In this document: one piece after another, positions 1 through 14,520 of the stretch | How positions within the stretch are numbered: the first letter of the stretch is position 1 | Layout: each line of letters opens with the position of its first letter | Source: the human T2T-CHM13v2.0 reference genome, Homo sapiens | Assembly (NCBI RefSeq): GCF_009914755.1 | Contig: NC_060926.1 | Strand: one strand, 5' to 3' | DNA length: 64,000 nucleotides | Position numbers and translations under genes: made by a program | The notes under the pieces: generated by a model | What the model was told of the DNA's origin: nothing | Database searches by the model: none | What the model saw: the letters and a program-made list of their open reading frames with translations, nothing else

Positions 1-1172
1 TTGCCAATTCTTGAGCTTTCAGACAGCTTGCTTGGGTGCCGTTAGTGGCAGTGGTGGGCCAGGTGGGTACGCAGATTCTCAAGCCTGTGGGCAGCAGGCA
101 TAGTGCATGTATTAGCAGTAGCAGTGGCAGAACAATTATATGGCTCCTAAGTGGTCCATGTTGGTGTTGGCAGTTGCTGTGAAAGGATGGGCAGGCCAGT
201 CCTCAGGCCTGCAGGAGGTATGTGCAGGCGATGTCAACTGTGGTGGTAGTGGCAGGTTGGGAAGGCCTGACCTCAGGTCCCCAGAAGGAGTGCTTCGGTG
301 CCAATGATGGAGGACTGGGCTGGGCAGTCCCCAGGCCCCTGATGGCATGCTCAGGCACTGGGGAGGCAGAAACTGGCCTAGCAGACCTGTTCTCAGGCCT
401 CTTGGTGATGTGCACAGGTGCTGGCTATGTATGTGACCCTGCTACTGGGGAGGGCAGGGTTCTTCTCAGTGGCAGCAGCTATCTGTAGGTGCCTGGGGAG
501 CATGCGCTTCACTTGCCCTTTGGCCATAGGCAGTGGCAGCCTGCAGTGATGGTGGCTGCAGTTGGGGAGTTTGTCCTTGAGGTGTGTAAAAATGCATGGT
601 GGTTTCTCTGCTGGGGGCAGCAGGGTCATTGCCAATGGCTCTCAATTCAGCCCTGGCAGAAGCGTCAGTCAAGGCAGTGGCGACAGGTGGGGAATGTCAA
701 TGAGGATCTAGGGAGGTGGAGATGCAGAGCTGTTGGGCTTGCAGGCAGGATTCAGTCTTTTGGTGGCTGGATCACCATATGGCACTTTGCTGTAGCTACT
801 TAGGGCTCAGGGCGTGTGGGAGCCAGCATGGGTCCCCTCTCTGGAGCAATGCCATCCTGTGTCCTTCAGGCAGCTCCCCATGTTAGTCTCAGGGTTTATG
901 TGGTTTGAAGGCTCTCCCATGGCTAGGATTGCAGGATTCCGCAGTGGAAATGTGGACCACTGAAGTTTGCTCACTTACCCTTTCCCCACATTGGGCTCCC
1001 AGTAGATCCTGGCCAAGCGGGCTGCCCTGTTTTCCTCTCCTTCCTTGCTTTAGGTGTTTGTTGTCACTTCTCCATTGAATTCCAGTGTTCTTTCTTAGAT
1101 GATCTATTTGAAGTGTGATTATCTACTCACCATTTTTTTCTTTGTGACGGAGGCAAGTACCAGATGCCTGAT
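1..1172 (-). mobile_element. Old L1 (L1M1/L1MA-type) 5' end/5'UTR; element continues left of the window
   Basis: The reverse complement of ~1040-1170 (GGCATCTGGTACTTGCC...GAGTAGATAATCACACTT...AACACTGGAATTCAA) resembles old L1M 5' termini. GC-richer sequence stops abruptly at ~1172. Confidence 0.7.
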
Positions 1173-2227
1173 GTCATTAAAATTTTAATTGAAGAAAATG
1201 TAGTGCCTGAAGGATTAAAATGAAAAGAAATAGAGGATAAAATGAGATTTGAAAAAACAGAAATTACTAGTGAGCCAAATATATCCCAACTTCTAGGCAG
1301 GGACACATACCGACATCCTCATAAGGAACACAGAAACTTTGATCTTTCATTAGAGTTAATGTTTTCAGGCTGATTTTTAAACTATGGCAGTCTCTTTGCA
1401 AAGACTGAAATCTGAAAGTTGCTTCTTGTGCTGATCTGAAAGATATGAACTGACTTTTTTTTTAATTTTCAAAAGGCATGTCCTTTGTTGTTCTAGAAAT
1501 AATAACAAAAGTAATATCTTAATGTCAAGCAGTCCTTACTTCTATATACTCAGCATTTCCAGCCCTGTGTTTTTTTTACCATACATAGTCTACACTAGGG
1601 TCACTGGGAAGTTGATGTGCTTCTGAAAAGTAGTGTGCAGATAGCTTTTGGCAAATCTTAACATTTGAAAAATATCCTGGGTGACTTTTTTATTTAAGGA
1701 AATTAAGTGGTTAGTTGTTTTGTTAAATGAGTAGTTAATGCTGCAATTTATCTTTTGAGTGTAATGTTTGTACTTTGTAGTTCCCTTATATGTAAGTGAC
1801 CTCAGTAGACAGTAGACACATCTCTTCTTTATTTTCTTCCCAGGGACTTCTTCTTTCTTCCTAGTCATTTATGGCTGTCACATCTTGGGCTAACAAGATG
1901 AGATAACTGATTGGTTCACTGTGGTGTCCCATTCCGCCATCTATGACCCCCATCCAGTTATCTTCCATGTTGGCCTTTGGGTGGGCTAGAACATGGAAGG
2001 ATGAGGGTGACTTCTTTTCTTCATCCATAATGACCCGCTTTGGGGACAACAATTTCTTAGTCTTGACTTCCTATACCCCACCCTGGATTCTTGTGGAATG
2101 CAACTCAAGGGCTGTGAGTTTGGGGCCCTGGACTTGGGTCAAAATCATTCATGACCCTATCACATGGATCAGATCAAAGTTGGCCAGATGGAGGACTGTA
2201 TTGTCTCAAGTCTCATTATTGTGCTGA

Positions 2228-2521
<294 letters not shown>

Positions 2522-2879
2522 GTGCTAAAGCTTTTAATCCAGAAAGGGACACTCTGAATGGGAGATCACATTCAGAATTTGAGTCTGGCATCCAGGCTCC
2601 CTCAGAGGATTATTGCTGGGCTGAACTTTCAATCTTTGCATGAGAGCTCAATCCACTCAGCATGACCTGTGGCACAAGACATGCAGAAAGCATGAAAACA
2701 AGAGAAAGAGAATAAAATAAATAAGTATGGGAAAGACTATGATACTATGGATACTTGGAAACAAGAGTCCAATCAACAGACTGTAGCAATAGAATGCAAA
2801 GTTCCTTTAGCAATAGGAACTATTATTTTTACCTGATTTTACATGATTTACCTTAATACAGACCCCATTTCAATATAAT

Positions 2880-3135
2880 TCAATATTTCTTGATTTTATT
2901 GCTCAAATTGTTCCTGCCTTGGCTCTTTCAGTTAGCTACTCTATTTTTTTTTTTTTACATATCTCTATATTTTTTAAAGCACTTCCTTACTTTCTGATGT
3001 TACAAGATGTTCCAGGCTCATATTGTATATTTCCTGTGCAGTGCTAGAAACAGCCATTTTTCCAAGGAGAGCTGGTTCCTTTTATCGTAGAATAGTATTA
3101 GAAACGAAGATCTGGGTGGTATATGTGCTTGGTAT
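2880..3135 (-). mobile_element. L1MC-type 3' UTR fragment
   Basis: GCACTTCCTTACTTTCTG...ACAAGATGTTCCAGGCTCAT...CAGCCATTTTTCCAAGGAG...CTGGTTCCTTTT matches recalled L1MC4/5 3' end motifs. Confidence 0.65.
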
Positions 3136-3209
3136 AATTCACTTTTGATCACATAGGTCTGGTGTTTTGGTAAATTATGACAATACATTTGCATTGCAGC
3201 TTTGGCCAC

Positions 3210-3300
3210 AATCCAGAATTCTGATTCCATAGGTCTGGGGTTCAAGCCTCAGGTGATGCTGATGCTGCTGGTCCATGAACCACGTTTGGAAAATCATTGT
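3210..3300. mobile_element. MER5 (hAT-Charlie) fragment
   Basis: TTCTGATTCCATAGGTCTGGGG...CAGGTGATGCTGATGCTGCTGGTCC...CACGTTTGGAAAATCATTG is typical of MER5A/B. Confidence 0.7.
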
Positions 3301-3898
3301 ACTATGGGTTAAATTGGCTTTTGAGTTCAATTCTGGGATCCAAAGCATTCCAAGTTTAAAGCTACTGATATGCACAATGTGTCTTTTCAAATTTATCTGC
3401 TAAGAGATGTTAGGTGCTGTAACTGGGTTTACTTATGCTGGGTCATTTATGATAGGGAAGTATGCAGCTAGTGTCAGATATGGCCCAAATCACTGAAGAC
3501 AAGTCACATTAGAGTTCCCAAACTCATTACTTATAAATCAGGAGTCCAAACTCTGGTTTAGCTTTTCAACTAATAAACTGGATAGTCTGATGGACTTCTC
3601 CAGTGGAGAAGTAAAAATGGAAGAAGAGATACTATTTACATGTTTATGTAGTAGAAGGGGAGTATTTTTTTCTCCTTAAGTTCAGGTATTGGGTTGCTAT
3701 CAAAGAAAAAAAGTACTGATTTTTTTCCATATTAGGTTGCTCTTTAGTAAGTCTAACCTTACCCTAGGTGCCTGGAAAGAAATTTGGTAAAAGGAAGATG
3801 ATTGAATATTTTCATTTTTTATTTTTTAAAATATGTATATATTTTGGTATTTAAATTGTTTTTATTATTTATAAAAGTGGCCACTTTTACATATCTAT

Positions 3899-4278
3899 TG
3901 TCTTAGTCAATTTTCTGCCTCTGTAACAGAATACCACAGACTAAGTTATTTATAAAGAAAAGAAGTTTACTTGGTTCATGGTTCTGGAGGCTGGAAAGTC
4001 CAATAGCATGGCTCCAGCATCTGGTGACAGTCATCCCACAGCAGAAGGGTAGAGGTAGAAGTGAGCAGGAGAGGCCGAGAGAGGAAATCAGGCCAAATTT
4101 ACTTTTATAACAAACCCATTCTCCTGATAATCAACCCAAACCCAAGATAATGAAATTAATTCATTCATGAAGACAGAGCCCTCATGACCCTAATCACCTC
4201 TTGTAGGGCCTCTCAACATTGTTATAATGGCAATTAAATTTCAACATGAGTTTTGGCAGGAACATTCAAACCATAACA
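3899..4278 (-). mobile_element. MST-family MaLR solo LTR (MSTC/MSTD-like)
   Basis: TG...CA termini (TGTCTTAGTC...ATTCAAACCATAACA) and the MaLR core GGTTCTGGAGGCTGGAAAGTCCAA. Length ~380 bp. Confidence 0.88.
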
Positions 4279-4409
4279 TCTGCTATAGTTGTAGATTCAT
4301 AATGATTTTAAAGGAACCCTAATAAAATTACCAGGAACCTTGAAGCATTCTAAAGGGGAAAATCTAGGAACGGAGGTGGTAATAAAATTAACATTTACTG
4401 ATACCTGTC

Positions 4410-4620
4410 ATTATTTATTGTAGGCTAAATTTTTATAACAGATATACCCCCAAATACAATGGCTTTAACAAAAAAAAAGTCTTTTTCTTACACAACAGTG
4501 TAGAGTGGGTATTACAGGATGATGGGGTGGCTTGAGACAGGGGAGGGCAGCTGGCTCTGCTCCATGCAGTTATTAAGGGACCCAGGCTGCCGTGTGTAGC
4601 ATGTGGCTTCAAAATCTATA
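4410..4620 (-). mobile_element. Old MLT1 LTR fragment (MLT1J/K-like)
   Basis: TATAACAGATATACCCCCAAATACAATGGCTTTAACAAAA...GGGACCCAGGCTG resembles old MLT1. Confidence 0.5.
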
Positions 4621-5019
4621 TGATATTGTTCCAGCCCATGGACCAATTGCTATGGCAAGGGAATAAAATAGTAAGTGATGCAGCCTAAACTATATTACTA
4701 CTTGGGGGTGGGAGAGGCTTCTATAGGGGTGCTGGGTAGATATGAATAATCATTTCTACAGGATCCTTACTCCTACCAAAACTTCCCTTCACAAAAAGTT
4801 TGTAAAATTAGACATTTGTGCCTTCATGTAAATTAACACATGGAAATAGTCTTCTGGGACTTTAAAATTTTAAATCTTATCTCTGCTTATGGGGCAAAGG
4901 GCTTTATTCATGAGAAGGAAGTCCAAGGACTAGACCCAGCAGATAGGGGTTTGTTCTTTATGTTGAATTGGACCGAGGACAGCTGCTGGGAGCTCGAGGA
5001 AGGCAACATAGTATCAACA

Positions 5020-5170
5020 GGGCATTGCAGGCAGATAGATGGACCTGGTTTAGAATTCTGTGATCTTGGGCAATGCGCTAAAATTTTCTGGGCTTCAGTT
5101 TTCTTATGTATAAAATGGTAAGAATATAAAATTCCTTAGGAAGTTTAATGAGGAGTGGGATAATATATAT
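5020..5170 (+). mobile_element. MIR
   Basis: Core CTGTGATCTTGGGCAA...CTGGGCTTCAGTTTTCTTATGTATAAAATGG. Confidence 0.75.
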
Positions 5171-8091
5171 ATGGTGTAATGAATGTAGATTTTTTTTCCT
5201 GAAATCACATGTCAGAAGTGCCACCATTCTTTTTACATATAAGGATACCTCTGAAGAACAAAAATATATATTAATGCATCTCTCCTGAAAGTTCCAAAAT
5301 AGATCTACAATCTAGGATTTGAACAATTTATAACAATACTTTAAATGGTGCTCACCCTGATAGAGGTAATCTTTCCAATGTTCTCATAGGATATGTATAA
5401 TTTGGGTAATTTAGTGAATTAAATTTTTTCTTTTCTTTTTTTTACCATATCCTTTTTTGTCTGCATTTTTCCCCCTTAGCTAATGAAAGATCAAATTAAT
5501 TAAATCTTTTGATGTGTCAGGACAGCTCTTAGAGTAAGTGTTAAGGTAAGGACACCGAACTTTTCCACATGGTTGTAGCTTTATAACCTGAACACAGATT
5601 TAATGCCATGTCTTTTAGCCTCTTGGAGATTAATTACTGTACCAAATGCTATACGAAGAACAGAATCCAAATCTGCTCTTTTACGAGGATATCTGAAAGC
5701 ATCTGAAAGCACCTCTGTCCAGGCATGAGACCGCAGGGGATGCTCACACCCTGGAAGTTTCCCCTTTCTGCCTCTGGTTGGTCCATGGGTCTGGGCAAAC
5801 CATAATTAGAAAAGGGGAATAATGATGGTTGCCACTTCCTAGCCTCCAGGATAATGGTAGTGAGCATCAGAGCCAGGCCCTTGGGGCTGGGGAACTTGCT
5901 GTGGGGAAGGTGGTATGTTATCACACGAAGCTTTTCTGCCATTTTTCTCATTTAGAACCCAGAGTATTTTGGCTTACTTAGGAGCAGAAGACATGGACTT
6001 ATAAACAACTGGAAATATGTCTTTTAATCCTGCATGATGTGAATGCTATTTTAGTTTACCCCAAAATGCACCTGTAGGTCTGGCAAGCAGCAGTTTTGGG
6101 TTCCTGTACTCTCCCAGCACTGGAGAGCCATTTCATAAGTTGGTGTTGACTTTCTCACAAAACTGACAAAAGTTGGACGATTTGTGAAGGCTTTCTGATC
6201 TGTTTCTACCAATTATTTGTACTACATTTGGCTTACACATGTTGCATTCTCATACAACATAGTTCATTTCTGTTGCCCGACAGTGACTATCTTAAGAACC
6301 CTATGGAAAGTAAAAGCCGATGCTCTCTCTGCTCAATATTCATTTTCCATTTTTATGGTATATGGACTTCAAAGGAAAAAGCAAAATGAACTTGGGAGGA
6401 CAATGCACATCAGATTGCATTACTGATGCCATCACAATGACAAGGTCTTGACAATCACAAACATTTGTTGACTCCATTTCAAGCACTCACTCACATAGGT
6501 AGCTCCAACACCATCAAATTTCAGGACAGTAAAAGAAGGCGGATATGTCATTGGAATTTGTTACGGTGGGACTTGACTAATCAGAAATATTTCAGAGGCT
6601 GTTATCGTAGGTCAGACCTCAGATCTGAATGATTGAGACTTCTGCAAGTGACCATTGGCAAGAAGGTAGCCTCTTTGAGCATGGTTTGACCCCTGAAACC
6701 AGAGGCATTTTTACCGTGAAGTCAAATAAAACTTAGCAATGTGGTCACATAGTTGCGGTTTTGAAAAGTTTGCTCCCAAAACTTGACATTGTTCCTTTCC
6801 ACTCCCATATCCTCCCCTTTGTGCCTCTCCTTGAATTGGGTGGTGTTGAAATGGCTGCAGGAATTTTGTGTTCTGGCAAGGAAATTGAGAAGGGGATACA
6901 TTTATTTTGGGTTTAGAGGGATATATTCATGTGGTTTGCAGTCACTTCTGTGTATAGTTAAGTTATTTTTAGCCGTTCTGGTGAAAGAATGACTTCCAGG
7001 AATACTTCTGGTGCCTAATAGGCTGATACACCCAAGTTTGTGAAATGAATGGGCAGGGCCGGAAGTAGGATCACAGTATGAACGTGCCTTATAGTGCGCG
7101 ACACAAAGAGTAGGTGGGTGTTGGAGGAGAAACATGATTAAACATTTTTTCAAAAAATTCAGATGTAAAATTTTTGAATGTAAGGTTTGGTTTTCATCAA
7201 AGTCTCATCAAAATGAAACTTTTCCTCTGCCAGAACTATTTTTGATAATGCGGTGTGCAATTTTAAGTGCACCACACATTTTCTTTTCTGTGGGGCATCA
7301 AGAGTTCCTTTGTGGCAGGGCAAATGTTGTAGCATTACTGCCAACAGCACACACATCTGTAGGTGGGGTTGCATGTTGTATGCACCCCAAATATTGCACT
7401 GTGTCTTTAAGATACTGATGTATATTGCTCTGCTAAAGACTGGTGGTTCCAGAGAAGAAGGCATACAAAATTGTCACTGATTCAGCAAACAGAAAAGTCA
7501 AGACACAAATTGACATATACTTATCGAGTCAATGGATGTTGTGTGAGTAATTTGATTTACACAATTATTATACCTCAATACAATGTAGTGGCAGTTTAAA
7601 AATATATTTTAATTGTCCTTGTACATGCCTCAATTTAAGATTATATATTATATAATTTTTCAGAGTATGCAGCCAAAAAATAGAAAAAACAGTTGTATCA
7701 GGAAGTTAATTGTAAATACATATGCATTTTTCTGGATTTTATGAAGTTTATTGTATTTGCCAGCTTTTAAAACATTTTCACCTTTTGTGGTTAATTTTTT
7801 CCACTCCAAATAAAAATCTATAACTTCATTCAATGTTGTGTATGTAATTTTGTTTTTTCTTTCTTAAAGAAACCTCCTCAAATTGTATAACCTTCAGGTA
7901 TCACAAAACCAGATTTTCCCTTGTTTGCAATGTAAGAAGATAAATAATCGTCAGAGTTACATGTGGTTTACAGTATTCTAAATCTTAAATCTTTGGTTGA
8001 AATGTTTTTAAAAATGCATTTGGCACTCTAAAGAATTGCAATGGGAGAACAATAGAAAAGTTATCCCCACACTGCCACATCTCTACTACCT

Positions 8092-8123
8092 CAAAACAAA
8101 ACAAAACAAAACAAAACAAAAAA
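8092..8123 (+). repeat. (CAAAA)n microsatellite
   Basis: Directly visible, ~6 units. Confidence 0.95.
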
Positions 8124-8445
8124 CTCCAGGGTCCAGCTGTTAAGTTTCTAGATCTAGCCTTCCCTCAAGCTGCCTTCGGGGGTGAGTACTCTTTCTTCAC
8201 ATTCCTGAGGCCAGGGAGGCTTGGCATTGGCATTCAACTTGCTCTCCCATGGCCATTTCTAGACAATTACCCTTCTACCTTCTTATAAAAGTTCCTCCTC
8301 TTTTGGTCTTTCCACTGCCTGGCATTTCCTCTCCATGAATGTTCTTACTGAGCCATTCTCCCCCTTAACCATCGACTCTACCCAACTCACTGTAAAGCTA
8401 TTAATAGAATATTTCAGTGTCCATAGAACACACCCAACATCCTAG

Positions 8446-8948
8446 TTTTATTCATTTCCCAAGGCTGCTGTAATAAATTACCACAAACTTAGTGACCTAA
8501 AACAACAGAAATGTATTCTTTCACAGTCCTGAAGTTTGGAAGTCTGAAGTCAGCATCATTGGGCCGAAATCAAGGTGCTGGCAGGAATGTTCTCTTTTGG
8601 AGGCTCTAGGGGGGAATCTATTCCCTTCATCTTCCAGCTTTTGGTGGCTGCCGACATCCCTTGACTTGTGGCTGCATCATCCCTATCTCTGCCTCTGTGG
8701 CCACATGGCCTTCTGCTCTCCTGCTTATATAAAATCTCCCTCTGCCTTTCTCTTATAGAGATACATGTGATAGTATTGAGGTCCCACCCACATAATCTAG
8801 GATAATGCCCCCATCTCAAGATCTTTAACTTAATCACACATGCAAAGACTTTTTTTTTTTTTTTTTCCTATATAGGGTTATAGTCACAGGTTCCAGGGAT
8901 AAGGATGTGGTTATTTTTGGGGGGGTCTTCTTTTCAGCCTGCTATACC
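8446..8948 (-). mobile_element. MLT1D-like MaLR LTR
   Basis: GGCTGCTGTAATAAATTACCACAAACTTAGTG...AAAACAACAGAAATGTATT...GGAGGCTCTAGGGGGGAATC...ATCTTTAACTTAATCACA. Length ~500 bp. Confidence 0.88.
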
Positions 8949-9494
8949 AGCATTGCCATTCCTGAATGCCACCTCCACCTCTGTTCCAGTTCAGCCACCC
9001 ACTTCCTGAACAACCAGCACTGAGGGATCTCCCGACCCAGAACTGTTTCACATTAGAAAGTCTCCTCCTTTCTCTCTCACACTCCCACTTTCCCCAGCCC
9101 TGAGCTGTGACCTCATGGAGACTTTTAGTTGCTTGATTCCTCTATTTTCCTCCAATCTTCCAACCCATTTCTGGCTCCTCTTTCTTTCTGCTCAGCCTAG
9201 ACACTTGCTGCTTGGATACCTTGAGCTTTTTTCTCACCATAACCCCTGATTAATTGCATCCTTTCAGGGCACCATTCTGGAAAACCCTGGAATCTGGATT
9301 CATGTGACTACTGACATGCTTGGCTCCTGCACTTTGTCTGCTGGGTCCTGGTGGAATGAGGAGACACAGCCTCGCTGATTCTGGTCTCTGGCCTCAGCAC
9401 CCCCTGCTTCCTGCTCTGTCGGTACCCCTTCTCTTCCTCTGCTTCTCTGCCTCTGCTACAATAGGATGTCTCAAGACATGTTCTGTGGGCCTCC

Positions 9495-9620
9495 TCATTA
9501 GAATCTCCTGGAACACTCACAAAAGAAATTCCTAGGCCCTACTCCAGACCTCTTGGATCTGAATCTCTGGGGATGAGTCTGGAAATGTTCATTTTCGACA
9601 AGTACCCCCAGGTGATTTCC
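9495..9620. mobile_element. MER5 fragment
   Basis: ATTAGAATCTCCTGG...AGGCCCTACTCCAGACC...TCTGAATCTCTGGGG...ACAAGTACCCCCAGGTGATT. Confidence 0.75.
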
Positions 9621-9924
9621 CCTCAATTCTGTATTCATTCTCAACTGTTTTCCTTTCTGGGACTCACTAATGCACTCACACCAGCAGTTAAAATACGACA
9701 CGCTTTAGTACCAGTTGTGAAAGTTGTGAAACACCACTCCCAAGCTCCCTGAAGCTCCCACCCCTCTGAGACTCCCGGCCCTCCCTGTTCTGTTTTGACT
9801 GGTGGGGCCCTGCTGCCAGTATTGTGAATGCTGCCTTTACTTTCCACTCCTTGACATTGCCCTTCTCTAGCTACTGTCCCTCCTTTCTCTTCCTTTTTTA
9901 AATATAAACATTGTTAAAAATCTG

Positions 9925-10696
<772 letters not shown>

Positions 10697-11719
10697 TAAG
10701 GTCAGCAGTACCCTTTGAGCAGCCAGATGCAGTGGACATTTTAGTGATTATCATATTGTAGCTCGCTACTGCACTTTACTCTGTTAATCGAGGCCTCCTC
10801 AAAACACTCTGCTCCCTTGACTCCTCTGACACCACAATCTTTGCATTGTTCTCATAGCTTTCTGGCCTTCCTGTTCTTACCCTCCTTCATAGGATTTTCT
10901 TTCTACCCTTAGCCTTCAGGTGAATTATGGAGCTTGGTCCTCTGTCCACGCTTGGTTTCCCTCTCACATTCTCCTTGGGCCCTCATCTGGAGCCACAGTT
11001 TTAGCCCAGCCTAAATGCCAAGATTCTCAAATATTTATGCTGAGAATAGACTTCTCTCTCATTCCTGAACTTCTGACTTAAATATGCATCTACCTGCTAG
11101 ACATATAACACTTCAAAACATTTCAAATATCACATATTCAAAACTACCCGTCTCAGTTTGTGTCACCACCCAAAATTTAATAGCCCCAGTCAGCATCTTG
11201 AAAGTAGCACTTCACTCCTCTTTCTCCCTTATACTCCACTTCTGATCAATCCCCAAGTCCTGGCATTTCACCAGCAAAATATTTCTCAGATCTATTTGCC
11301 TCCACTTCATTCCTATGAACACTATCCCAGTTCAGGGTCTTGCTGCATTTCTTCTGGATTTCTTTACTAGCTTCAAACTCATCTATCTGTCTTTAGTTTT
11401 GACCCCCTCAAATTAACCCTATGCACAGTCTTTCAGGCAGTTGATCCAAACTGCAAGCCCAACACTCTACAAACTAATAACTTGAGGCACCGAACATCAG
11501 AGGCTATTCTATAATTTCCCTAGACTGCTTTCCCATCCTCCCATGCACATCTTGGGCTGCCAGGACCAGTAGAGGACAAGTTTTCAACTTTTACAGTAAA
11601 GACACAGGGATTTTGATAGGATTCAGAGGGAAGTGCAGGGTATATGCCAACCAGGAGAGCTAGGCTCACTTCCTACCTGCAAATCTGTTTTAGAGGAGGG
11701 GAAGCTGTCACAGACACTG

Positions 11720-12085
11720 TGAAAACATCCAGATTCTCCTTCAATAAATGACTTGTTTTCCCAGCTACTGGGACGATGTTGGCAGACAGCCTTCAGGGGT
11801 TGCTTCGGTGGCCCAGAACTACCTCACTTAAGGTCACACCCCTTCCTGGGGCATCCCACTGATGGATGCAGGGTATAAAGGCCTGGCCATCTCAACTCAA
11901 GTTGGAAAAGTCCTGAAGGAACAGTCGAGGTCTCAGAGCTTATGTGGGGTTGGCTGAGGCCATCATTATATCTGCATCGCAGCAGGACTGCTTCTTCTGT
12001 CCATTCCTGTTGCCTTCTCCTCCTTAGGAGGAGATTTCAAAGCCAATCCAGTTGCAATCCTGCAGCTTGGGAACATGCTACCACA
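11720..12085 (+). mobile_element. LTR16-family (ERVL) 5' LTR
   Basis: AAGGTCACACCCCTTCCTGGGGCA...GGGTATAAAGGCCTGGCCATCTC...GGGTTGGCTGAGGCC. Directly followed by a PBS-like TTGGTACTAGGAGCAGT. Confidence 0.75.
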
Positions 12086-14520
12086 GTTGGTACTAGGAGC
12101 AGTCTAAGAGCGCAGGTGCTGAGATGAGATTTTGGAGCCGGATCAGTCACTTTCTGGCTGGCAATGAGGGTGCCATAACCAGTGGCAGGTGGAGCACAGA
12201 GGGCCCTTGGCACAAAGTGGCAGTTCATTTGTTAAAACTTTCACTGATGGAGAATCAGGATGGTATAGCAAGTAATGCATTAGCTAGTGTGGTGTGTCAT
12301 GCATTTGAAAAATATAATAGAAATAGTAACTATATAAGTACAGTGGAATTGGGTAACTGTTGCTAAGTTCAATTGGCTTCTGGAAAAAACAGATAATAAG
12401 AAGCTGAGAGGGATTAATTCCCAATTAACAGCTAAGTATGAAAGCCAGAGAGCCTCCTTGATGGTACACAAAGCAGCTTTATCTCCTGCAGTGTGAGAGG
12501 ACCAGGCCTAGGACTTAATCATCAGAGTAGCCAAGCTCTCATGAAAGTTAAATTTCCAATTAAAGCCAGTCTCTTATGCCAAGGTCAGGGCTGGGACCTT
12601 GACACATGAGATGAGGACATCTGGGTTAATAATCCTGAAAATCACAAACCCCCAGACTTTCTGGAATGCCCTGAGCCTGTAAAGGGTTGGTCCACCCCTC
12701 CCTATTAGGAGCTGTACTCCCCCATTGATTGGAGGTGATGCAGACACTGCTCCCCCAGGAGGCACATTTGCTTCTTCTGTGATCTGCCACCATCTCTGTC
12801 CCAGGCACTGGGCCTATAAGTTAAGTCACAGTATAAGCCCAGCTGGAGCTGTGCTGGACCTAATAAGAGAAGAAAAGGACTACATCCTAAATGAGTTGTA
12901 ACATCTGCCATCCTGTACCTGCACGTGCTGGGAGAGGAGGCATGGGATTGGATTATAAGCCTGCTTGATCCAAGAATATACAGGATTTAACACCTTGGCA
13001 TGGACTCCGGGATATGGTGCAAACTCACTTCTACAATGGCTCCTAAAGGCATGACAATAGTGATGGCCTACACTAAGTTAGGCTGCAGTGTCAGAATGCA
13101 CCTGGCAGAGGGTGGAAGAAGAGACATAAAAGCTCAGCAATGTCAGTGTGCTGGAGTCAGAGCACTGCAAAAGGCTAGAAATCTCACAGTATGATTGTGT
13201 CCCATGGGCAGGTTCAAAGGATACACTATTTACCAACACTGTATGGAATTAATTGTGTGAAAAAGACATCAGCATCGCCAAGAAGTCTAATGCTGGCTGT
13301 CCTCTGTGGGCAAGGGTGGATGGTAGATCTAGACAGCAAAATCCTACAGCATAGAGGCCTGGTGGCAGTGACTAACCTGCAGAAGCCAGGCAGACACAAT
13401 GACCATAATGAGTAGCAAGTGTGGAGGGGAGTGGGGTTGCTAACCCACAGAGCTGTGGGTGTTTAATAGAACACAGCATTCCTAGGAATAAAATACATGG
13501 GCAGTGACAAGAATGCTACCAATCAGGACTATTGAAAGAAATCAAGGATGGAGAGTATATTCATTACCCAGGGCTGCTGTTAACAAAGTACCTCAAACTG
13601 GGTGGCTTAAAGCAACAGAAAGTTATTCTATCACAGTTCTGGAGGCTAGAAGTCCAAAATCAAAGTGTCAGCAAGGCTGGTTCTTTCCGGAAGCTCAGAC
13701 GGAGAAAGTGTCTTGTGCCTCTCTCTTGGTTTCTGGTGGTTGCCAGGAGTCCTTGGCATCCTCTGGCTTGTTGGTGCATCACTCCAGTCTCCACTTCTGC
13801 TGTCACATGGCATTCTCCCAGTGTGTCTCCATCTTCACATTGCACCTCCTCTGTGTGTTCGTTCCAATTTCTCTCTTATGAGGACACCAGTCATTGGACA
13901 AGGGCCCACTGTAGTACAATATGAACTCATCGTAACTTGATTAAATTTACAAAGACCCTGTTTCCAAAAATGAAGCCACTTTCTGAAGGCCCAAATAGGC
14001 ACAGATTTTGGGGAAACACTATTCAATCCAGTAAAAATGACCAGAAGGCTGAGGGAAGTTTTCCTAATAAAAAGTCACAATTCCTTTCCAATTTTGTAGA
14101 CCTGAGCCAGTTTTGAGGTCTGGTGCATATTGGCTGAAGAAAAATCTCAGTTCCCTGGTAGAAGAAGCCTGCAATACCACAGCAGGTATACCCAATAACA
14201 ATCCTCCTAGTCCTTTCTTAAAGGGGTCTACTGCTATGTACTTGGCTAAGTGAGCACCAGGTAACTGAGCACCCAAACATTTCAAGAATTATTGGACATA
14301 GGATGCTAATTGACACTACTACTTGGAACCTAAGCATCATCATTGCCCTCCCGTTAGACTGCAGGCATAGCAGAGTCAGGTGATAAATGAATGAATTGAT
14401 TTTAAAACATGTTACAAAAGTACAGTGAGTCCTTGCCTTGGTGGGTAAATTGGGCCTGAAGACCCCTCTGGTGGTCATTTTCCTGGTACTAAATGTGTAA
14501 TTGGAACATCTGCAATAAGC
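12086..14520 (+). mobile_element. ERVL internal region (HERV16/ERV3-16A3-like), degenerate gag-pro, 3'-truncated
   Basis: tRNA-Leu-type PBS follows the LTR. 14280-14330 translates FQELLDIGC*LTLLLG, resembling the ERVL protease motif FxGLLDTGSELTLIPG. Confidence 0.75.
13555..14034 (-). mobile_element. MLT1C-like MaLR LTR inserted in the ERVL internal region
   Basis: GGGCTGCTGTTAACAAAGTACCTCAAACTGGGTGGCTTAAA...GGACACCAGTCATTGGA...ACACTATTCAATCC. ERV sequence resumes on both sides. Confidence 0.88.

Noticed and set aside
136-803. Cluster of overlapping ORFs in the GC-richer left end
   Set aside because: It falls within the old L1 5'UTR, where the higher GC content lowers stop-codon frequency.
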